Numbered from the stretch's first letter, positions 22,201 through 32,100 are shown. The stretch is DNA of 64,000 bases from Clostridia bacterium (GCA_022796855.1 JAAWJM010000001.1:42242-106241); one strand, 5' to 3'. Notes: generated by a model from the sequence alone, not told the origin. Translations and numbers: made by a program.

Positions 22201-23556
22201 TTTAAAGCGGGAACCGTTGGAACGGTTGCCGATAAAACGGCAGAAGGTTTTGTTAGAAAATATTTTGAGGAAAGACAAGTACCAGTAAACAATGCAGAAG
22301 TGACTCGTCTTGCCAAAGGGTGTACAGGAATTAAGCGAACTACGGGACAACATCCAGGGGGGATTATTGTTGTACCAAAGGGAAGAGAAATTTATGAATT
22401 TTGCCCAATACAACATCCAGCGGATGACCCAAAATCGGACATTGTTACCACCCATTTTGATTACCACTCGATTGACCAAAACCTATTAAAACTAGATATA
22501 CTAGGTCATGATGATCCGACTGTAATTCGTATGCTTCAAGATATTACTGGAATTGACCCGACAAAAGTACCATTAGATGATAAAGAAACGATGTCGATTT
22601 TTTCTTCTACAGAAGCATTAGGAGTGACACCAGAGCAAATACATTCTGAAGTAGGAAGTTTTGGGGTTCCAGAATTTGGAACAAAATTTGTTAGAGGGAT
22701 GTTATTAGATACCAAACCAAAAACCTTTGATGAACTAATTCGTATTTCTGGTTTGTCGCATGGTACAGATGTATGGTTAGGAAATGCTCAAACGTTAATT
22801 GAACAAGGAATTACCACACTAGACCAAGCAATTTGTTGTAGGGATGATATTATGACTTATCTAATGAGCAAAGGCTTAGAGCCAAACCCAAGCTTTAAAA
22901 TAATGGAGCTTGTACGTAAAGGAAAAGCGCTAAAAGACCCAGCTAAATGGGCGGAATATGTCAATATGATGAAAGAGCATGAGGTACCAGAATGGTATAT
23001 TAAATCTTGTGAAAAAATACAGTACATGTTCCCAAAGGCCCATGCAGCAGCCTATGTAACCAATGCTTTTCGTATTGCATGGTTTAAAGTACATAAACCA
23101 CTTGCCTATTATGCAGCCTATTTTTCCATTCGTGCGAAAGCATTTGATAGTGAAATTATGTGCCATGGAAAAGAGAGAGTCAAAAACAAAATGAAGGAAA
23201 TTGAATTAATGGGAAATGCAATGACCAAAAAAGACGAAGAAATGTACGAGGCATTAGAAATTGTATGGGAAATGTACGAAAGAGGTTTTCAATTCTTGCC
23301 AATCGACTTATACCATTCCCACTCCAAAAATTTCTTAATCGAAGAAGACAAAATAAGACCACCACTAACCAGTATTGCAGGATTAGGAGGAGTAGCAGCA
23401 GACAGTATTGTAGAAGCAAGAAAAGACGGAAAATTTATGTCCATAGACGACCTAAAAATTCGCTCCAAAGCAGGAAAAGCAGTCATTGAAATGCTAGCAA
23501 ATGCAGGATGCCTAGACGGCATGAGCCAAAGTAATCAAATGAGTTTATTTGGATAA
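19204..23556 (+). CDS. polC: DNA polymerase III PolC-type (Gram-positive replicative polymerase with 3'-5' exonuclease). Intact.
   Basis: PHP domain, DnaQ-like exonuclease (DIETTG...), Zn-finger CPNCKY...CPKCGH, and polymerase core GSRGSVGSSFVA. Full length at 1450 aa. Confidence 0.95.
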   Translation: MAQSMKTVEEIFGDYQVETNIKKASIVKINLFKKSNKLEMDLLSSVYLFPSELLEFEKYLKERFVIENIEIRMQYEEETVIPSMEQQWKQIVKYMAHKYPFTEFLLHNSHVHIEDTKVKVSLAVKGADFLTARGFDKTLEKTLKSLYAKRYKVIYVENLQEEDMKKIEQKCKLTEKYEIEKAISEMGVEEEIEEKEEEENKQDNVPKEEQPPIPEEPIEKTPLILGRSANIKDTLVKVDDISIDSGKIALEGEIINLDTRPLKSGKTLVLFDVYDESSTITCKAFVEEAKVKEVVARLKETKAVRISGTAQFDPYAKEIGVIANVIVEAPPKKRQERMDRAENKRVELHMHTKMSQMDGMTSATDLIKRAMKWGWKSIAITDHGVVQAFPEAHKLLGRDNPDMKVIYGVEAYLVPDKTPSVSFPKKQSIDTEYCVLDIETTGISFRTEKITELGAVKYRNGEIVEEFECFVNPEKPIPEDVVAITHITDEMVKEAGTIEEVLPKFLEFIGDSVIVAHNADFDVGFIKYNAQLLGYKLENTYIDTLRLAKDLFPDYKKYKLGIIAEKLGIKVEVAHRALDDVMTLVKVFQVMLDMLKQKGAKIIEDIDKLEEGQADFKKLPTYHAIILAKNYVGLKNLYKLISYSHLDYFYKKPRILKSLYKEYSEGLILGSACEAGELYRAIVAGKSEEEIEQIAKDYDYLEIQPIGNNMFMVRNGTVPDEKALEDINKRIVALGEKLGKLVVATCDVHFMDPQDEVYRRILMAGQGYDDADEQAPLYLRTTNEMIEEFKYLGLDKAYEVVVTNTNKIADLCENISPISQEKCPPHIEGCEKQIEDIAMTKAKELYGEELPTIVKERLDKELQSIIKNGFSVMYIIAQKLVWKSNEDGYIVGSRGSVGSSFVANMTGITEVNSLPPHYRCPNCKYSDFTDYGYKNGFDLPDKECPKCGHKLDKDGMNIPFETFLGFNGDKEPDIDLNFSGDYQAKAHRYTEVIFGKGTTFKAGTVGTVADKTAEGFVRKYFEERQVPVNNAEVTRLAKGCTGIKRTTGQHPGGIIVVPKGREIYEFCPIQHPADDPKSDIVTTHFDYHSIDQNLLKLDILGHDDPTVIRMLQDITGIDPTKVPLDDKETMSIFSSTEALGVTPEQIHSEVGSFGVPEFGTKFVRGMLLDTKPKTFDELIRISGLSHGTDVWLGNAQTLIEQGITTLDQAICCRDDIMTYLMSKGLEPNPSFKIMELVRKGKALKDPAKWAEYVNMMKEHEVPEWYIKSCEKIQYMFPKAHAAAYVTNAFRIAWFKVHKPLAYYAAYFSIRAKAFDSEIMCHGKERVKNKMKEIELMGNAMTKKDEEMYEALEIVWEMYERGFQFLPIDLYHSHSKNFLIEEDKIRPPLTSIAGLGGVAADSIVEARKDGKFMSIDDLKIRSKAGKAVIEMLANAGCLDGMSQSNQMSLFG

Positions 23557-23571
23557 AGGGAGGAAGAAAAC

Positions 23572-23877
23572 ATGCCAGAGTTTAATGAAATAGTAGGAAA
23601 AGTTTTTACATGGCAAAATATTGTAATTTATTTAATAGTAGTAAATCTATTTGGATTTTTTATTATGTGGTTAGATAAAAGAAAAGCGAAGCATTCGAAA
23701 TGGAGAATAAAAGAAAATACCTTATTTTTAGTAGCGGCTATTGGTGGTGGAATTGGAACTATTGCAGGAATGTATACATTTCGCCATAAAACACAAAAAG
23801 CAAAGTTTGTGTTTGGCTTTCCAGCCATTATTGTGCTTCAAATTTTAATTGCGATTATGATGATATTTAAAATATGA
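23572..23877 (+). CDS. DUF1294 family membrane protein.
   Basis: Basic patch KRKAKHSKWRIKE followed by TM helices. Tightly follows polC. Confidence 0.6.
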   Translation: MPEFNEIVGKVFTWQNIVIYLIVVNLFGFFIMWLDKRKAKHSKWRIKENTLFLVAAIGGGIGTIAGMYTFRHKTQKAKFVFGFPAIIVLQILIAIMMIFKI

Positions 23878-23937
23878 AATGACATAAATTTTATGAATTA
23901 AAGCATACTATATGAGTAATGGATAGAAAAATAATTT

Positions 23938-24030
23938 TTGCTTGACAAAATCGAGTTTAAAATGTTATACTATCTATAGTAGATGAGTACCTCGGATAAC
24001 CTACGGGCCCGGGGTCATTTTTTACATATA
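23938..24030 (+). promoter_or_regulatory. Promoter plus an intrinsic-terminator-like hairpin inside the 5' leader of the Abi_2 gene; a candidate attenuator.
   Basis: TTGACA, 17 bp spacer, TATACT, then the hairpin acctcgg..(13 nt)..ccggggt followed by TTTTTT at 23985-24022, immediately before the SD (ggaggtg) and the TTG start. Confidence 0.45.
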
Positions 24031-24044
24031 GGAGGTGACAATAA

Positions 24045-24971
24045 TTGGAAAAAGAATTTAAAACAATATCGGAACAAATTAGATGTTTGGAAAGCAAAAA
24101 TTTAATGATTAAAGATAAAAATAGAACTGCTAATATATTAGAAAAAAATAACTATTATTACTTAATTAATGGATACAAAAATGCATTTACGGATTGTAAC
24201 AAGAACGGGAAATATATTGAAGGAACTACAATAGAAGAGATATATAGTTTATATGAATTTGATAGAAAGATTAGAAATGTTTTTCTCGAGTACATATTAT
24301 TAATCGAAAGAAAAATAGACACGTATATCGCATATGAATTTTCAAAAGAACATGGATATAAAAATTATTTGATTTCAGACAATTTTGAGTATAGCGAAAA
24401 GAATAGAAAAAAATTCGACAAATTCCTAAAAGATATTAATTTAGAAATTTCACATCAATATAAAAACTCCAATAAAATGATAGTACATTACATAAATAAA
24501 TATAAGTATATTCCGTTATGGGTATTAATACGAATTCTGTCTTTCGGAAAAGTTTCCAAATTTTATAGTTTTATGAAAGCAAAAGAAAGAAATGTAATAA
24601 GCAAAAAATTCAATATTAAAGAAGAAGTATTAAAAATTTATCTAACTAATTTAGGTGAGGTAAGGAATATATGTGCACATGATGAAAAATTATACGATAT
24701 AAATTTAAGATTTAAAATTTCCAATAATGAGTATCATTCAATTTTAAAAATACAAAAGGAAAAGGAAAATTATAAAAATGGATTACAAGATTTGTTTTCA
24801 ATAGTAATAATATTGAAGGTTATGCTAGAAAAAGAGCAGTTTTCACGTTTTTATAAAGCTTTAATTAAAAATATTCAAATATTAAAGAAACAAATTCATA
24901 CGATTGAATTTTATAAAATATTGAACAAAATGGGTTTTCCAAGTAATTATAAAAAAATATTATACTTATAA
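24045..24971 (+). CDS. Abi_2 (AbiD/AbiF-like) abortive-infection family protein.
   Basis: The motif LGEVRNICAHDEKLYD corresponds to the RN.CAH..RL signature of Pfam Abi_2. AT-rich. TTG start with a good SD. Confidence 0.7.
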   Translation: MEKEFKTISEQIRCLESKNLMIKDKNRTANILEKNNYYYLINGYKNAFTDCNKNGKYIEGTTIEEIYSLYEFDRKIRNVFLEYILLIERKIDTYIAYEFSKEHGYKNYLISDNFEYSEKNRKKFDKFLKDINLEISHQYKNSNKMIVHYINKYKYIPLWVLIRILSFGKVSKFYSFMKAKERNVISKKFNIKEEVLKIYLTNLGEVRNICAHDEKLYDINLRFKISNNEYHSILKIQKEKENYKNGLQDLFSIVIILKVMLEKEQFSRFYKALIKNIQILKKQIHTIEFYKILNKMGFPSNYKKILYL

Positions 24972-25430
24972 GATAAGAAAAGGGTAAATACGTCTGTAAT
25001 ACGGTATAGATGAGCAATTTGAAAATATAGTTAAAAAATATGATAGTACACATAATGCAGAAGAAAATGTAAAAATAAAAAGGAAAACATAATTTAGAAA
25101 AATAATTGTGAATAAATTGTGACCAAAAAGTGGCTTGAAATAGTTATTCACACACTTATCCACATTATCCACACGAAAAAAATAAGGCAAAAATACATAA
25201 AATCGTAAACAAGATAGGAAACATAAGATCGAAAAAATGAAATAAAAATGAAACATAAGGAACATAAAAGTGTAAAATTTTTGTAATATAAACTGGTAAA
25301 AAGCCTTGTTACTACATGAAACTAAGAAAAAACGACAAAATATACAAGTAAATAAATGACAGATATATGTCAAAATGAAGACAACTAGAATATAATGTAA
25401 AAAAGAAAGACAACGAAAAAAGGGAGAGAA

Positions 25431-25784
25431 ATGAAAATGAAACAAATTACAAAAGGAATTGGGAAAATATTTTCAAGATACAGGTTTCGAGGAGATAATC
25501 AAATTTCGTATGTAGAAGCACGAGATAAAATGAAAAAAGAGGTATGTGCGATACTTCTTGATGTACGAAGCAAACAAGAATATGATGAATATCATTTAGA
25601 AGGAGCCATTTGTATACCAACTTACGAATTAGCAAGTGCTATTTCAAAAATAACCGTAAATAAAGAACAGACCATCATTGTATATTGCCAAAGTGGGGCA
25701 AGAAGCAAAAAAGCGGTTAATTTACTAAGAAAAATGGGATATCAAAACTTATTTGAAATTGAAGGTGGGATTGATAATCTATAA
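25431..25784 (+). CDS. Rhodanese-domain sulfurtransferase.
   Basis: Active-site CQSGARS loop within a rhodanese fold. Confidence 0.75.
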   Translation: MKMKQITKGIGKIFSRYRFRGDNQISYVEARDKMKKEVCAILLDVRSKQEYDEYHLEGAICIPTYELASAISKITVNKEQTIIVYCQSGARSKKAVNLLRKMGYQNLFEIEGGIDNL

Positions 25785-25871
25785 TTTTCGAAAAAGTGTT
25801 AAAAATCTCTTGTAAATATTTCGATTATTGATATAATAATACTGTTAAACAATTAGATAGGAGATGGAAAT

Positions 25872-27008
25872 ATGATAAAAAAAGTAGCAATTTTAACAAA
25901 TGGTGGAGATGCACCAGGACTAAATGCAGTCATTCGTGCCATTGTAAAAACAGCAGAAACCAATGGAATTGAATGCTATGGTTATATTGAAGGATATAAG
26001 GGATTGCTAAATAATGACTATGTAAAACTAGAATCAAAAGGGAATGCTTCAGGACTTCTTCATCGTGGTGGAACCATTATAGGAACTTCTAATAGTACGA
26101 ATGTATTTAATTTGAAGGTAGAAGAGAATGGACAAACTGTATACAAAGACATGTCTGGAAAATGTGTAGAAAATATTAAAGAAGCAGGATTTGACTGTAT
26201 TTTCACATTAGGTGGAGATGGTACTCAAAAATCAGCAAGAGACTTTTCTTTACGAGGAGTTAATGTGATTGGTGTTCCAAAAACCATTGATAACGATGTT
26301 GCTCATACCGACATTACCTTTGGGTATAATACAGCCGTATCGGTTGCAACAGAAGCCTTAGACCGTTTACACACAACCGCAGAATCTCACCATAGAATTA
26401 TGGTCTTAGAAGTAATGGGGCGTTATGCAGGATGGATCGCCTTAGAATCTGCAATTGCAGGAGGAGCAGATGCGTGCTTAATTCCAGAAATTCCATATGA
26501 TATTCATAAAGTTGCCGAAAAAGTAAATGAAAGAAGAAAAGAAGGAAAAGACTTTAGTATTATCGTTGTTTCAGAAGGAGCAAAACCAAAGGATGGTGAA
26601 ATCATCGTAAAGAAACAATTAGATGATGGAAAAGGACTTGATAATATTCGTTTAGGTGGAATTGGTGAAAAAGTAGCAAACGACTTAGAAGAGTTAACCG
26701 GACTTACTTCTAGAAATACCGTTTTAGGATATGTACAAAGAGGAGGAACGCCAACCTGTTATGACCGTGTACTATCTAGCAAATATGGAGTAAAAGCCAT
26801 GAGACTTGCTATGAGAGGTACCTTTAATGTACTTGTTAATTACCGAGAAGGTAAAATGGGATGTGTTTCCTTAGAAGACGTTGTTGGTAATAACAAAGAA
26901 ATTGGTGCTGCGTCAGGAAATACCAAGGAAAGCAATATTCGAAAAATTGAAATGGACGATGATTTAATTAAAACGGCAAAAAGTCTTGGCATTTCACTTG
27001 GCGAATAG
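25872..27008 (+). CDS. pfkA: 6-phosphofructokinase, long form (subfamily B2-like).
   Basis: GGDAPGLNA, GGDGT and MGR motifs. Confidence 0.85.
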   Translation: MIKKVAILTNGGDAPGLNAVIRAIVKTAETNGIECYGYIEGYKGLLNNDYVKLESKGNASGLLHRGGTIIGTSNSTNVFNLKVEENGQTVYKDMSGKCVENIKEAGFDCIFTLGGDGTQKSARDFSLRGVNVIGVPKTIDNDVAHTDITFGYNTAVSVATEALDRLHTTAESHHRIMVLEVMGRYAGWIALESAIAGGADACLIPEIPYDIHKVAEKVNERRKEGKDFSIIVVSEGAKPKDGEIIVKKQLDDGKGLDNIRLGGIGEKVANDLEELTGLTSRNTVLGYVQRGGTPTCYDRVLSSKYGVKAMRLAMRGTFNVLVNYREGKMGCVSLEDVVGNNKEIGAASGNTKESNIRKIEMDDDLIKTAKSLGISLGE

Positions 27009-27027
27009 AAGGATAAACAAGAGGTAA

Positions 27028-27075
27028 AACCCCCAGTCACCTACGGTGACAGCCCCCTTAAGTAAAGGGGTCTTT
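27028..27075 (+). repeat. Copy 1 of a roughly 44-nt GC-rich structured repeat that also acts as a terminator-like element.
   Basis: aacccccagtcAcctaCggTgacagcccccttaagtaaagggg. It is about 90 percent identical to the copy at 27842. Confidence 0.6.
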
Positions 27076-27144
27076 TCGCTAAAATAAGTATAGATAAGAG
27101 TAGTAATGAATATAAATAGAAAAAAAGAAAGAGGAGTAAAGAGG

Positions 27145-27840
27145 ATGGAAGAAAACAAAACACAAGAGCAAAACATTAATACTCAAGAAATTAAGAAAGA
27201 AACAGTAGATACCGTAAATCAAGTAAAAGAAACCATTAAAAATGTAGACATTAAAAACGACGCCAAAGAAGCAACTGGTTTTGTTAGTTCAATGGTAAAA
27301 GACCCATTTGCAACGATAAAACAAATTGTAAATGATAATACTAACAAGCATTTTAAAACAGCTATTATTTTTATGATTGTATGGATGGCTATTATTTTCG
27401 TTGGCAAACTATTTGGTACTTATTATATAGGAAGAACCTTTACATTTCGATTTGCATTTGAACAAATCTTAAGCTTTATCAAGGCAGTAATTGCACCACT
27501 TGTAGGGGTTATTGTACTTTCTGGAATTGTGTATATGATGAACAAAGAAAACAAAAAATCATTAACAACAACCATAACGGCAATCGTAACTGCCAAAATT
27601 CCAGTAATCATTGGAACAGCGGTATCTTTATTAACCATTATAGATAGTAACATAGGAAAAATAACCAGTCCATTTGCATCGTTTTGCAACGTCATTAGTG
27701 TTGTTCTAACTTATTTTGCAATGAAATCTGTTATTGGAGAAGAACAAAATTCAAAATTTTTCAAAAAATTTGTAGCAATCGAAGCAATTTTCTATGTGAT
27801 TTATGTAGTGGTTTCACTATTGGGGATTTATATGAAATAG
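27145..27840 (+). CDS. Multi-pass membrane protein (Yip1-like).
   Basis: Hydrophilic N-terminus followed by about five TM helices. Start chosen at MEENK, which has a ggag SD; the track start at 27106 lacks an SD. Confidence 0.45.
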   Translation: MEENKTQEQNINTQEIKKETVDTVNQVKETIKNVDIKNDAKEATGFVSSMVKDPFATIKQIVNDNTNKHFKTAIIFMIVWMAIIFVGKLFGTYYIGRTFTFRFAFEQILSFIKAVIAPLVGVIVLSGIVYMMNKENKKSLTTTITAIVTAKIPVIIGTAVSLLTIIDSNIGKITSPFASFCNVISVVLTYFAMKSVIGEEQNSKFFKKFVAIEAIFYVIYVVVSLLGIYMK

Positions 27841-27841
27841 A

Positions 27842-27890
27842 ACCCCCAGTCGCCTATCGGCGACAGCCCCCTTAAGTAAAGGGACCTTTA
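27842..27890 (+). repeat. Copy 2 of the same GC-rich repeat.
   Basis: aacccccagtcGcctaTcggCgacagcccccttaagtaaaggg. The stem substitutions are compensatory relative to copy 1. Confidence 0.6.
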
Positions 27891-28153
27891 TACTAAGTTT
27901 TTAACATAGAAATGGACATATGTAGGGGCACCGTTTGTGGGAATACCCAAAACTCATGACACCACTGTGCCCTTCTTACAAAGGCTAACCCTATAAAAGC
28001 CTCCTTTATTTAAGGGAGGTTAAGATAGCTGTTAACGAACGTTAGTGAGTCTTACAGATATCTTATACGTAGTGGCAGTCCGAAGGACTGACGGAGGGTT
28101 CTTAGAATGTAATTTGAATAGACTAGAAAATACAACAAAGAAGGTGAGAGAAA

Positions 28154-29870
28154 ATGAAAGATTTTAAAGAAGAGATTGCAGGGTGCCTAACACAAGCAAT
28201 CGACCTATCAAAAGAAGAACTACAAGATATGATAGAAAAACCAAAAGACGAAACCAAAGGAGACTATGCACTACCTTGTTTTCGTTTTGCCAAACAATTT
28301 GGAAAATCGCCAATGTTAATTGCAGAGGAAATAAAAGAAAAAATAACGATTTCACGGTACAGATATTGAAAAAGTAGAAATTGTGGGTGGATACATAAAC
28401 TTTACCATTCAAAAACAAGCATTAGTAAAAGAAGTATTAAACGAAATTGAAAAGAAAAAAGAAAGTTATGGTATACAAAGACTAGGAGAAGGAAAAACAG
28501 TAATTGTAGAATACTCCTCACCAAACATCGCAAAACCATTCCATATAGGGCATTTAAGAACTACCTTAATTGGACGAGCTTTATATAACATCTACCAAAC
28601 ACTTGGTTATGAAACAATAGGAATTAACCACTTAGGCGATTATGGTACACAATTTGGAAAAATGATAGAAGGCTATAAACGATGGGGACAGGAATACAAT
28701 TTAGAAGAAAACCCAATTGAACAACTAATGGACATCTATGTAAGAATTAATGAACTTTGCAAAGAAGAGGAAGCGGTTTTAGACATATGTAGAGATAATT
28801 TTAAAAAACTAGAAGAAGGAGACGAATATTGTACCAAAATTTGGAAAGAATTTCGTGACCTTAGTTTGAAAGAATTTTATCGTATTTATGACTTATTAAA
28901 CATTCATTTCGATTCTTTAAATGGAGAAGCCTTTTATGCAGACAAAACAAATGAAGTAATCGATATATTGGAAAAAACAGGAAAACTAGAAGAATCCGAA
29001 GGGGCTAAAATTATCGATTTAGCCGAACAAAATATGTCGCCATGTATGATATGTAAATCTAATGGTTCTACCATTTATGCTACAAGAGATTTAGCAGCTA
29101 TTCTTTACCGTGCAAGAACTTATGATTTTGATAAATGTTTATATGTAGTAGCATATGAACAAAATCTACATTTTAAACAAATTTTCGAAGTAGCAAAATT
29201 GCTAGGCATATCCGAAAAATGCCAAAAAGGATTAGAGCATATTTCCTATGGAATGGTTCATCTAAAAAGTGGAAAAATGTCAACAAGAGAAGGAAATGTC
29301 ATTAAAGTAGAAGAACTATTAAACGAAGCCATTAGCCGTGTAAGAGAAATTATCAATGAAAAAAATCCAGAACTAACAGAAAAGGAAAAAGACGATATTG
29401 CAAAAAAAGTGGGAATTGGAGCCGTGATTTACAACGACCTTTCTGGCAGTAGAATAAAAGACGAAATTTTTGATTGGGATGTCATTTTAAATTTCAATGG
29501 CGAAACTGGTCCATACATTCAATATACCTATGTACGAACCAATAGTGTACTAAAAAAAGTACAAACTCTTCCAAAACTTTCAGAAGTATCCATGGAAGCC
29601 CTATTCGAACAAGAGGCATATAAGGTGTTAAAACTAATATACGCTTACCCAGAAACCCTTCGAAATACGGCAAACAAAAATGAGCCTTCCATTCTTTCAA
29701 GGTATTTAATCGACCTTGCGAAAGCCTATAGTAGTTTTTATAATGAAAACAAAATTATGGTAGAGGACAAAACCTTGCAAAAAGCAAGAGTCTATTTAAC
29801 CTATGTAACGAATTTGGTGCTAAAACTAGGAGCTGGTTTATTAGGAATCGAAATGCCAGAAAAAATGTAA
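28154..29870 (+). CDS. argS: Arginine--tRNA ligase, with a +1 frameshift at about 28355.
   Basis: N-terminal Add-1 domain followed by the HIGH motif (PFHIGHLRTT). The track ORF ends ...KITISRYRY*. Removing the C in tcaCggtaca gives ...ISGTDIEKVEIVGGYINF, the canonical ArgRS sequence. Confidence 0.9.
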
Positions 29871-29921
29871 TCGTAATAAAAGTACTTAGCAAACACCACA
29901 AGAAAGGGATGGGATTTTTAC

Positions 29922-30875
29922 ATGGAACCATTATTTATGATACCAATTTATAAAGACTATATTTGGGGTGGAACCAAATTAAAAGATTACTTACAAAAAG
30001 AAGTACCATTTGAAACAGTAGCCGAAGCGTGGGAAGTGTCTACCAATGTGGCAGGACTTAGTGAAGTAGAGATAGAAAAGGGAACAAAGACTACTTTAAA
30101 AGAAGTATTTGATAATACTGAAAAAAGAATCGAAATCTTTGGAACCAAAACTAAGGATATGAAACGTTTTCCACTACTTATCAAATTTATTGATGCCAAA
30201 GATAATTTATCTGTTCAAGTTCATCCAGACGATGCCTATGCGTTAGAACACGAAAACGACACAGGAAAAACAGAAATGTGGTATATCATGGAATGTGACG
30301 AAAATGCAAGTATTATTTGTGGGTTAAAAGAAACTGTGACCCAAGAACAAATTCCAGACATGATTACAAATGGTAAACTACAAAATTATTTAAACAAAGT
30401 ACCCATTTGTAAAGGGGATGTTATCTATATTCCTGCAGGAACAGTACATGCCATTCTAAAGGGTACGTTAATTTGCGAAATTCAACAAAACAGTAATTTA
30501 ACCTACCGTGTCTATGACTGGGACCGAGTAGGAAAAGACGGAAAACCACGTGAGTTACATATAAAAAAGGCAATGGATGTTATCAAACAAAACAAAAGAC
30601 AGAATATCACAAGTACAAGCGGACAAGAAGATATTTGCAAAACGGTAATCGATAGTGACTATTTTAAAGTAGATGTACTAAACATTACCGAAAACTACCA
30701 AGCAAAATCAAGGAAAGACACCTTTGAAGCCTATATGGTAGTAGAAGGAAAAGGTAAGTTAGAGACAAAAGGGAAAGAATATGATATAAAAATAGGAGAA
30801 AGTTTTATTCTTCCAGCAAGTCTTGGGGAATATGAAATAAAAGGGAATATCAAATTGTTAAAAGCATATCTGTAG
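29922..30875 (+). CDS. manA: Mannose-6-phosphate isomerase, class I.
   Basis: Cupin PMI type I motifs (QVHPDD, YIPAGTVHAI). Confidence 0.8.
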   Translation: MEPLFMIPIYKDYIWGGTKLKDYLQKEVPFETVAEAWEVSTNVAGLSEVEIEKGTKTTLKEVFDNTEKRIEIFGTKTKDMKRFPLLIKFIDAKDNLSVQVHPDDAYALEHENDTGKTEMWYIMECDENASIICGLKETVTQEQIPDMITNGKLQNYLNKVPICKGDVIYIPAGTVHAILKGTLICEIQQNSNLTYRVYDWDRVGKDGKPRELHIKKAMDVIKQNKRQNITSTSGQEDICKTVIDSDYFKVDVLNITENYQAKSRKDTFEAYMVVEGKGKLETKGKEYDIKIGESFILPASLGEYEIKGNIKLLKAYL

Positions 30876-30965
30876 AAAAAAAGGAAATACAAAAAGCAAG
30901 AAAGGAAAGTTTGATAAGATATTATTTTAAATCAAATTTAATGCCTTTCAGGAAAGGAAGAAATT

Positions 30966-32033
30966 ATGAGAGAAAATGAAACAAGAAAAGAAAAACAGAA
31001 AAAAACAGGATTACGAAAATTTGGAAAAATCATGCTAATTATTTTAGTAGTTTTAGTAATACTAGTAGGAATTGCAGCAGGAATAGGATTTTGGTATGTA
31101 CAAGACAAATTAGGAAAACTAAATTATGTCGAAATTGACGAAAGTCAAATTGAAGTAAATGAAGGTGTCGATGATAAATTAAATGGATACCGTACCATTG
31201 CTATATTTGGAGTGGATAGTAGAAGCAATCAATTAGAAAAAGGAACAAGAAGTGATTGTATTATATTAGCTACTGTTGACGAAAAAAGTAAAGAAATTAA
31301 ATTAACCTCAGTATATCGTGATACATACTTAGAATTAACCGGAAGAAGCCTAGATAAAGTAACACATGCGTATTCGTATGGAGGAGCGGCTCTTGCTATG
31401 AGCACCCTAAACACAAACCTAGACTTAAACATAAAAGAATTTGTAACTGTTAACTTTGATTCGGTTGTTGATATTGTAAATGCCGTTGGTGGCGTTAGTA
31501 TGGAGATTACCAATAGTGAGTTAAAATACATTAATGGTTATATTGATGAAATTAACAAAGTAACCAAACATAATGCAAACCATATTACCAAAGCGGGAAC
31601 TCAAAATCTAAATGGTGTACAAGCATTAGCTTATGGAAGAATTCGTTATACAGCAGGAGGAGACTACAAACGTACGGAAAGAATGAGAGATATTATGATG
31701 GCAGTAATGAACAAGGCAAAGAAAATGAGTATCTCACAACTAAATTCATTAATAGACAAACTTTTACCAGTTGTGTATACCAATATTAACTCTGGCGAAA
31801 TTCTTTCCCTTGCACCACAAGTAGCAACATATAAAATAGTAGATAGCACCGGTTGGCCATATAATACCAAAGGAGCAACTATTAATGGCGTATGGTATGG
31901 ACCACCAATTACACTAGAGTCTAATGTAAGAGAACTACACCAAAAAGTATATGGACAAAGCGATTATGAGCCAAGTGAGAAGGTAAAGGAAATTAGCAAT
32001 AAGATTGTGAAGAAGACGGGGTATAGTAAATAA
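30966..32033 (+). CDS. LytR-CpsA-Psr (LCP) family cell-wall glycopolymer transferase.
   Basis: N-terminal TM helix followed by an LCP domain (IAIFGVDSR...DCIILATVD...LTSVYRDTY). Confidence 0.8.
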   Translation: MRENETRKEKQKKTGLRKFGKIMLIILVVLVILVGIAAGIGFWYVQDKLGKLNYVEIDESQIEVNEGVDDKLNGYRTIAIFGVDSRSNQLEKGTRSDCIILATVDEKSKEIKLTSVYRDTYLELTGRSLDKVTHAYSYGGAALAMSTLNTNLDLNIKEFVTVNFDSVVDIVNAVGGVSMEITNSELKYINGYIDEINKVTKHNANHITKAGTQNLNGVQALAYGRIRYTAGGDYKRTERMRDIMMAVMNKAKKMSISQLNSLIDKLLPVVYTNINSGEILSLAPQVATYKIVDSTGWPYNTKGATINGVWYGPPITLESNVRELHQKVYGQSDYEPSEKVKEISNKIVKKTGYSK

Positions 32034-32064
32034 AATAAAGCGTTTGTTTATAAAATGTTAGAAA

Positions 32065-32100
32065 AATCACAAAATTCGTTTGAATTTTGTGATTTTTTTA
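32065..32100 (+). terminator. Rho-independent terminator after the LCP gene.
   Basis: A 14-bp perfect inverted repeat aaatcacaaaattc/gaattttgtgattt followed by TTTTTT. Confidence 0.7.

Noticed and set aside
24972-25430. A roughly 460-bp A-rich low-complexity spacer with 'acataa' reiterations; considered as a CRISPR-like or minisatellite array.
   Set aside because: There is no regular repeat or spacer periodicity and no cas genes. It looks like an AT-rich promoter region for the rhodanese and pfkA genes.
27900-28153. A T-box riboswitch for argS.
   Set aside because: The conserved T-box 14-mer (GGTGGNACCGCG) is absent, although hairpins are present. It is left as an unexplained leader.
28183-28377. 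A 64-aa alternative-frame ORF overlapping the argS 5' end.
   Set aside because: It is the argS sequence read in the wrong frame. It arises only because of the CGG frameshift.
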